A stretch of DNA of 64,000 nt from Raillietiella orientalis (taxonomy: Eukaryota): contig JAYWIR010000063.1 of NCBI GenBank assembly GCA_036172245.1, positions 310,001 through 374,000 of the forward strand, written 5' to 3'. Below the pieces are notes generated by a model, which worked only from the letters and a program-made list of their open reading frames with translations, was not told where the DNA came from and ran no database searches. Positions 57,851 to 64,000 of this stretch are shown here, piece after piece (the stretch's first letter is position 1; each line of letters begins with the position of its first letter). The translations under genes were made by a program, and so were the position numbers.

Positions 57851-58977
57851 AGGCGCCCCCTCGTCTTCCGGATGCCGCTCCGCAGAACCCGACATCCTTC
57901 CCGGTCCAATCCGGGATTCAAGAGGACCTCCGGACGATCGCGGGTAGGCTGACCCGATGCCAGGGAACGCACTCTTGTCCCACTCCTCCACGAGGCGGGT
58001 GCTCGGTGCGTCGTCGTGCTGAGTACTGCGGCGGGTCGACCCACACCATTAGATCTGTTGGGTCCCTCTCCTTACGCGTTAATTGTTTTCGTTTTACATA
58101 GATGGCGCCGCAGACGCGGGACGTCTTCGCGCCTGCAGGAATGGACCGTTCGTCCCGTTGTTTCGATCCAGTACGCAGCCGCCGCTCTCGTGCATGCGGT
58201 CAGCGATGCCGTCCTACAAGTTTCCTAGCAGCCAAAATCACTCGCGGAGCCGCAGCGACCTGCGAGCGGCGGCTCTGATGGAAGCCCGTCGTGGGATGGA
58301 GATCCCAGATCTGCTTCCTCCGCCCCTTCCTCTCCTGCGGACGGGATTCCGCGGTACTGCTTCGCCCTCAACCGCGGTCCACCTTGCACTTGCGACGCGC
58401 ACGCGTCTCTCTCGGTAGAGTTCCTTCCGGTACGGCTGCGCGTCCTGAGGCGACGCGGGCGCCCCTCTCGCGGCGAAACGGGAAACCAGCGGTTCGGGAG
58501 GCGCTCGCCCTGCTTCGCCCTCCCCTGCCTCCTGCAGGACCGCGCTCGAACGGGGGACGACGACCCGTGGCGAGAGACGTCCTTTTTCCCCTCCGTCTTC
58601 CCGGCGCCACCGGGTCGATTCTTCCCGGGGGGAAAGGTAGGTGAAGGGGTCGATCCCAGTTTCCCAGGCACTTCGGGCTGGCGTCCTGCCTCTCGGCGAT
58701 TTTGTCTCAGCGTTGCCTCGGCGCAGCGAAGGGGTTGCTGCCCCGCGCTGCCCTTGCCGTGCGCTCCCTGCGCGATCGGCGCCGCTGCCTCCGGCGAGCG
58801 CATCGGCAGTCCGCGAGTTCCTCCATCGGACGGATGAGTGCTCTGATGGCGACGACCCACCCACGCGGCCTCCCCTCGCCCCTCGCATAACCGTTCGCGG
58901 AACGCAGGCAGCGACTTCCGTCTCCCACGCAGGATTACGTGAGCGGGCTCTGGGAAGGTGGCAGCCCGCTCGATTCT

Positions 58978-59750
58978 CACCCGGGTGCGCCTGGGCGTTT
59001 ATTTCATTGAAAATTAACATCGTCAGAGAACTGTAGGTGTACCGGCAGTCCAGCCACGCGCTTTTTGTTGTGAGCCTGCCGGGTTACCGGTAGGCAGACC
59101 GGTGAGGTCCATCACGGCAGCAGAGGGGAGGAGGCAAAACAAAAAGAAAAAAAGGAGACAAAGATAAATAAACTTTGCGTTGGTTGCGGGAAAGGATCAC
59201 GTTCTGCTGGTGGCAGTCCTGTCCAGGTAGGGCATTGCGTCGCCATCCTGATGAAAAGGACGGCGAAATGGATGGCATCCCTTTCTCTGGGTTCTCCTGT
59301 TGCGTCGCTCCAGACCCCTACGATCTCGCGTGGGCAGCACGGAACTGCAAGGGAGGCCGCTGACCGAAGGGCGTCGCGAACGAGGAGGGGTGTAATTGCG
59401 CCCCTGGGATTGTCGCTGGGGATACCTAGGGTCGCGGCAAAATGCTCCCTGAGGGGCCGGGGGGCAACGCAATCTACTAGCAGGTGGGGGAAGGATTCAC
59501 TCTCACCGCACCTGACACAGTTAGGGTCCACACACCCGCGTCCAGTGATGACGGAGGGCGTTGCATGGGAGATCCCAGTGCAGCAACAACAGCGCCGACT
59601 CCTGCCACATCAAGGAGAGGGTGAGCGTGTCTGTAAGCACCGGGGCCCACTTCAGGTGTTCCATAGGAACATTCAGCAGCTCGCCCCAGCGCAAGAGTCC
59701 GTAAGGCGGTGTACTCGGGGTCGCAGCGTCGGTGAAGTGGTCCGCTCGAG
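58978..59750 (-). mobile_element. L1/Tx1-type LINE 3' fragment, same family (best-preserved zinc finger)
   Basis: LLLLHWDLPCNALRHHW / CVRCGESESFPHLLVDC...VRDALRSAASLAVPCC; T-rich tract and conserved 3' end. The 5' boundary is uncertain and may reach about 60050. Confidence 0.75.
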
Positions 59751-60149
59751 GGCGCGAGCACCGCCGGTGCCGGAAGCGTTGGACGGGCGGAAAGGAAGAG
59801 GACACTGCGAAGGGATCGCAAGAAGAGTCATGCGAACAGGGGAGCTGCTCTTTCCCTCCCCTCTTTCCCAAAGGGTGTGCCTACGGCACTTCTCTGCCTC
59901 CGTGAGCCCAGTAAAGCTACCACAGCCGGCACCGCGCAAGGACTTCTGGAACCTTTTGTGGCAACGTCCCTCCGTACTCCCGCCGTCCTTTGATTGCGCC
60001 CTCGAGGACCCCAGGAGAAGACTGCATGGCGTCAGCAAGTGGATCGTTTCGTCCTCTTTTTTCTTCTTCTTCCCCCCTTCATCTTCAAGAGGTGCTTCGG
60101 GGGTGGGGGAGCTCCCCCGTCTTTTCCCCACAGCAACAGACGCTGCGCC

Positions 60150-63100
60150 TCAAGCCCTGGGCACGGAAAAGCGCAGTGCCTCGTTGAGCCTTCTCACGTG
60201 GCGGGCGTCGTGCTTAGCGGACAGCCTGTAGTACTCCTTGGCGCGTTCCGCATCCGCTCCCGAGTCCAGCTTCCCCAGCTCCAGGGTCAGTGCGAGGTAG
60301 AAGAAGGTCAGCGCGATTCCCCTGTTGGCGGAAGGTGAGAAGCAGACCGCCGCCCTCCTGGCGTGGTCGGCGACGTCCGCCTCGATGAGGCTCGCTAGCT
60401 CGGGTATCCTCTGGTAGGTGGCGCCAAAGAAGTGCGCCTCACACAGGCACCCGGTGGCGAACAGGTTGCCCTTGGACTGCGCCCTCCTCAGGTGCCGCAT
60501 GCCTCCGGGCACGTCACGGGAGACGCCCAGTCCGTGGCACATCATGTAGCCGACCAGACCTGCGTGACACGCGCGCGTGTGAGCGGGGACACTCACTCTC
60601 CCGCTGGCGGGCGGCTGCGAGCGTCTCCGAAGCTCAGCAGAGACTCCCGGAGGCGGCGCAGAGGGGGTGGTCACAGTCAACTCTGACCCGATTTCCCAAT
60701 GGAGAACGACCCTCTCCGTCCGGAAATGAGCCCCGCGCTCGCAGGGCCAGAGGACAGAAAAGCCGCGCTATGGGAGTCCCGCCGCGACCTTCGCGCGTCC
60801 GATCGGACTCAGCGCTACTCCTCTCCCCCCGCGGGACGACTCTCCCGCCCTTTCGACGCTCGGGAAACGTTTTTAGGACGCGCGCTCATCGTGCACCTCC
60901 GTGGGCCTGCGTCCCGGTGACGGGGATGCCGACGCCGACCGGACTCCCGCCTCGTCTTCGCCGCCACCTTCCCCTCGGGCGACTACCATCCGTGACGTCA
61001 GCACTTCTCCCGAGATGGGTCTGGCAACCACGCCAGCCACCGTTCCGAACGCCACCAGCGCCGACGCAGCCTCAACAGAGAGGTCCTGACTGACGCTTCC
61101 GTCCCCCGCCTCATCCTCCGTGGGCATGATTTCCCACTCGACTCGGGCAAGCGACCTACAAAAGGAACTGCCGTCGCTCCTGAAGGACCAGCGTCGCGTT
61201 CCCTCCAGCCCCTCTCCCAACTCACGAAGGTCTTCCCGCCGAACTGGAACCCGGAAGTCCCTACAAAGAACGTCATGGCGGGCGCTGGAGCTAACCAGCA
61301 TGAAACTGTCTGCCCTCCACGGACTCTGATGGCGGGAACCCGCTCGCAGCTCCGAGAGAGAGAGAGAGAGGAGGCGGCGCAGGAAGTGCGTGGAACCGGA
61401 AGGTGGAGCTGCTGGAGCCTCCTCGGCTCCAAATCATCTCCAGAGCGATCCGCAGCAGCGACCGATTCCGAATCCGAAGCCCGAGAACCGCAGCGCGCCA
61501 GGGTCGTGACCTGATCCCCCGAATTTTCGTGCACCAGCTCGCGAAGGATCCGCTTGTGTCGCAAAGCGGTCCCGCTCTCCCAGCAGACAAAGCTCGCGTT
61601 TCCCTGGGGAACGGAGAAGATGAGGAAAAACTCCGCTTCCCAACCTCCCCGACGATCGAAGAACTGACCTTGAGATTCGACGCTGCCGGCAAGCGTTGCT
61701 TCCAGGTGCCAGCGAAATGCCTCGGGAAGCGCCTGGGCGCCTTTCATGGAGTAGCAGTACGCGAGCATGGTTTGGGCCTTCACTATCCCGTTGTGCGCCG
61801 CCTTCGTCCACCACCTTGAAAAGAGGAGCTTTCGCAACACGCGGGAAGCTGGAAACTTGGCGACGGAACCTTTCCGCCTCTTCCGGATCCCGACCGACGT
61901 AATAGTGAAACGCCCCGACGTAGTACTCGGCGTAGCTGACGATGATGCGGTCGCATCCGCTTGCGGGCTCGCAGGCGACGATCTCCGACATCTGTTCAAA
62001 CCCTCTCCTGGCGTCCTTTGGCACGCCCAGTCCGTCGAGGTAGATGATGGCCAAGTAGAACTTCGACAGCAGGAACGAGTCTGGACACGCTTTCAACCAA
62101 TGGTGCGCCGCCGAGTAGTCGCCCTGTTTTCACACACGCATGCACAAAAAAATCAACAAACAAACAAATGATTTGTACAGTTCTGCGCAGATGTCTCCTT
62201 CAAAGTTTCGTTTTCCTTCTTCCTTTTCTGGTATTGCTATCAGTCTCCTCGAGCAAATGTGCTCATGTGTAATTCGCGCATGAAGCACGTTTGGAGGGAC
62301 GCGAGCACATACCTAGCAGCGGAATGCCAGCGACCTGGGGCTCCCCGTCTAAATCATTGCCTCGGAGGGGGGAGGGGGTCCCCTCGAAGGAGACCGGAGG
62401 GGGGCGGGAGTGCCTTTGTCCCTGAAACCTGCTCCAAGAAGTTCGGTGAGGAGACCTCGTGAAAGAATACGTTTCCTCTTGCGCATTCCGTGTCACATCG
62501 GCAAACAGCGCTCGCTGGCATCGTGGCAGGGAGACTGGACCTCGTCACGGGGAATCCGATTCCCATGTGCGTCAGCTCAGATCGAATCACTCGGAAGTGA
62601 TCTGCGCGTGCCGAGAAACGTTCGGAGGACTGCTCGCACCGGACAGCGAATCGATTTCAGGCGGCCATCTCCAGGCATTCATTCCCATTCTCACCTAACG
62701 ACGAGTGACGGCTTCATGGCGGTTGGAATCACGGAAAAGATACGTCACGGTACGCATTTACGATTTTCTATGCGTATGTGTGCGCGCGCGCGCGCACTTA
62801 GTAACGATTCCTCCGGGAGCAGGATAAAAATTTCAGTTTCGTCCCCGCTTCCCGTCTTTCAGTCGTCTCTGTCTGTCTGAGGTGGCGGCGGCGCCGAGGG
62901 CCGTTCTCGGACGAGAGCGACCGAGAAGGACGGAGGGGACGAAAGCAAGAGGAGATGGTTGCGCTCTCGAAGTGAACCAGAGCTGATGATGCTGCCAGGA
63001 GTCGGAAAGCCAAGCCTGCGTGCTTCTCGGCATTCAGGCAGCACCCCTGGGCCTCATCGGGCGGAACCTGAAGTCCGAAAATTCGGAATTGCCCAAATCT

Positions 63101-63972
63101 GCTTGCTCCGAGTGAGCGCCGGCTCGACGCATGTGGTTTCTGTGGTTAAAAACAAAAACAGCAACAACAAAAAAAGAAACTACCGACTTATTATTATGGC
63201 CCGCCGCACACAAATGCGAATGCACGCACGTGCGTGCGCGTGCGTACGTGAAGTGGTAAGAGCGGATGTTGAGAGCCAAAAGTGTCCTTCGCTCACCCCT
63301 CGCGGGACGTCACCTGAGAAGGCGTCGCTAGTGGCGACCGACGCTGGCGCCCCACGGCCAGCGTGGCTCGTGGGGCAACGTCACAGCGGTTGCTGAGACA
63401 GTTCCTGTTACGGTTTCGCAGCCTCGCAGCGATTTCCGGAAAAGTGGTTCAAATCGGGGTCCACCGTGCCCTTGGGCAGAATTTGCCTCAAGCTGACGAT
63501 TCACGTCTCATCTGAACGGCACCTGTGCAGATGCTCTGCTAATGAGACCCCGGTGTCCTCGGCAGCCGTAGTGAAATAATTTACGCATCTACGAAAAGAG
63601 GTGGGGCGGGCTTACCTCGTCGAAATGCAGTTTCCCCAGCAGGAATTTGCTGGTGGGATCATCGCTCAGTGTTGCATGCTGGTACAGCAACCGCTTCACT
63701 TCCTCTATGTTCCGTGGATCATCCGACCCGAAAGTGATGGCCAGATCGATCGCCTCTGTGGAATGGTCCCTTGGCTTCAGGTGCAGGGCCTTCGAGACTT
63801 TCCGGAACAGTTCTTTCTCGTCGAAGCTTTCAGTAACCGGGGCAGTTTGGTGAAAGGGAGCAAACTGCAGGGTTCTCACGTACAGATTTCTCTGAACGCA
63901 TACAGAGCATTCGCATGTGTGCTCTTGAGATGAATGAAGGGCTCCTGAGGGAGCGCCTCGCGGCATCAGCAT
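60150..63972 (-). CDS. LRP2BP: LRP2-binding protein-like Sel1/TPR-repeat protein (5' end may extend beyond the window)
   Basis: Exons 63972-63616, 62123-61870, 61814-61669 and 60559-60150 join in phase. FLLGKLHFDEG, IYLDGLGV, VKAQTMLA, AFRWHLEA..GSVESQG, RGIALTFFYLA and AKEYY are colinear with LRP2BP. Confidence 0.85.
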
Positions 63973-64000
63973 TTTTTCTTTCCTCTTCTCTTTTCCAGCT

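Noticed and set aside
58995..59030. Hammerhead core CTGACGA...GAAA on the minus strand
   Set aside because: No credible stem II, and the motif is absent from sister copies.

Overview
Eukaryotic (invertebrate metazoan-like) genomic DNA with many very short GT-AG introns (about 38-65 nt). It is not prokaryotic, and most ORF-track entries are shadow frames of GC-rich DNA. Genes reconstructed by hand: the 3' part of a USP9X/fat-facets deubiquitinase (+, 1521-8333, AT-rich); a MARF1/limkain-b1-like RRM + 8 LOTUS gene with no visible NYN nuclease domain (+, about 14.3-22.2 kb); axonemal dynein intermediate chain DNAI2 (-, 22247-25542), converging on MARF1 across a 69-bp gap; a CFAP157-like coiled-coil gene (+, 35786-44358); a disrupted or small spliced coiled-coil locus (about 51-54 kb); an orphan Cys-rich gene (+, about 55.2-56.7 kb); and an LRP2BP-like Sel1-repeat gene (-, 60150-63972). 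DNAI2 and the CFAP157-like gene each carry an RFX X-box about 70 nt upstream of the ATG. Spacers and long introns hold decayed retroelements: an L1/Tx1-type family with a T-rich, structured, non-poly(A) 3' end (5 clear copies plus degenerate ones), a tRNA-headed SINE-like element with an internal array of about 40-bp units, and non-LTR RT and Ty3/gypsy relics. Homology calls come from my recollection of family sequences; no searches were run.
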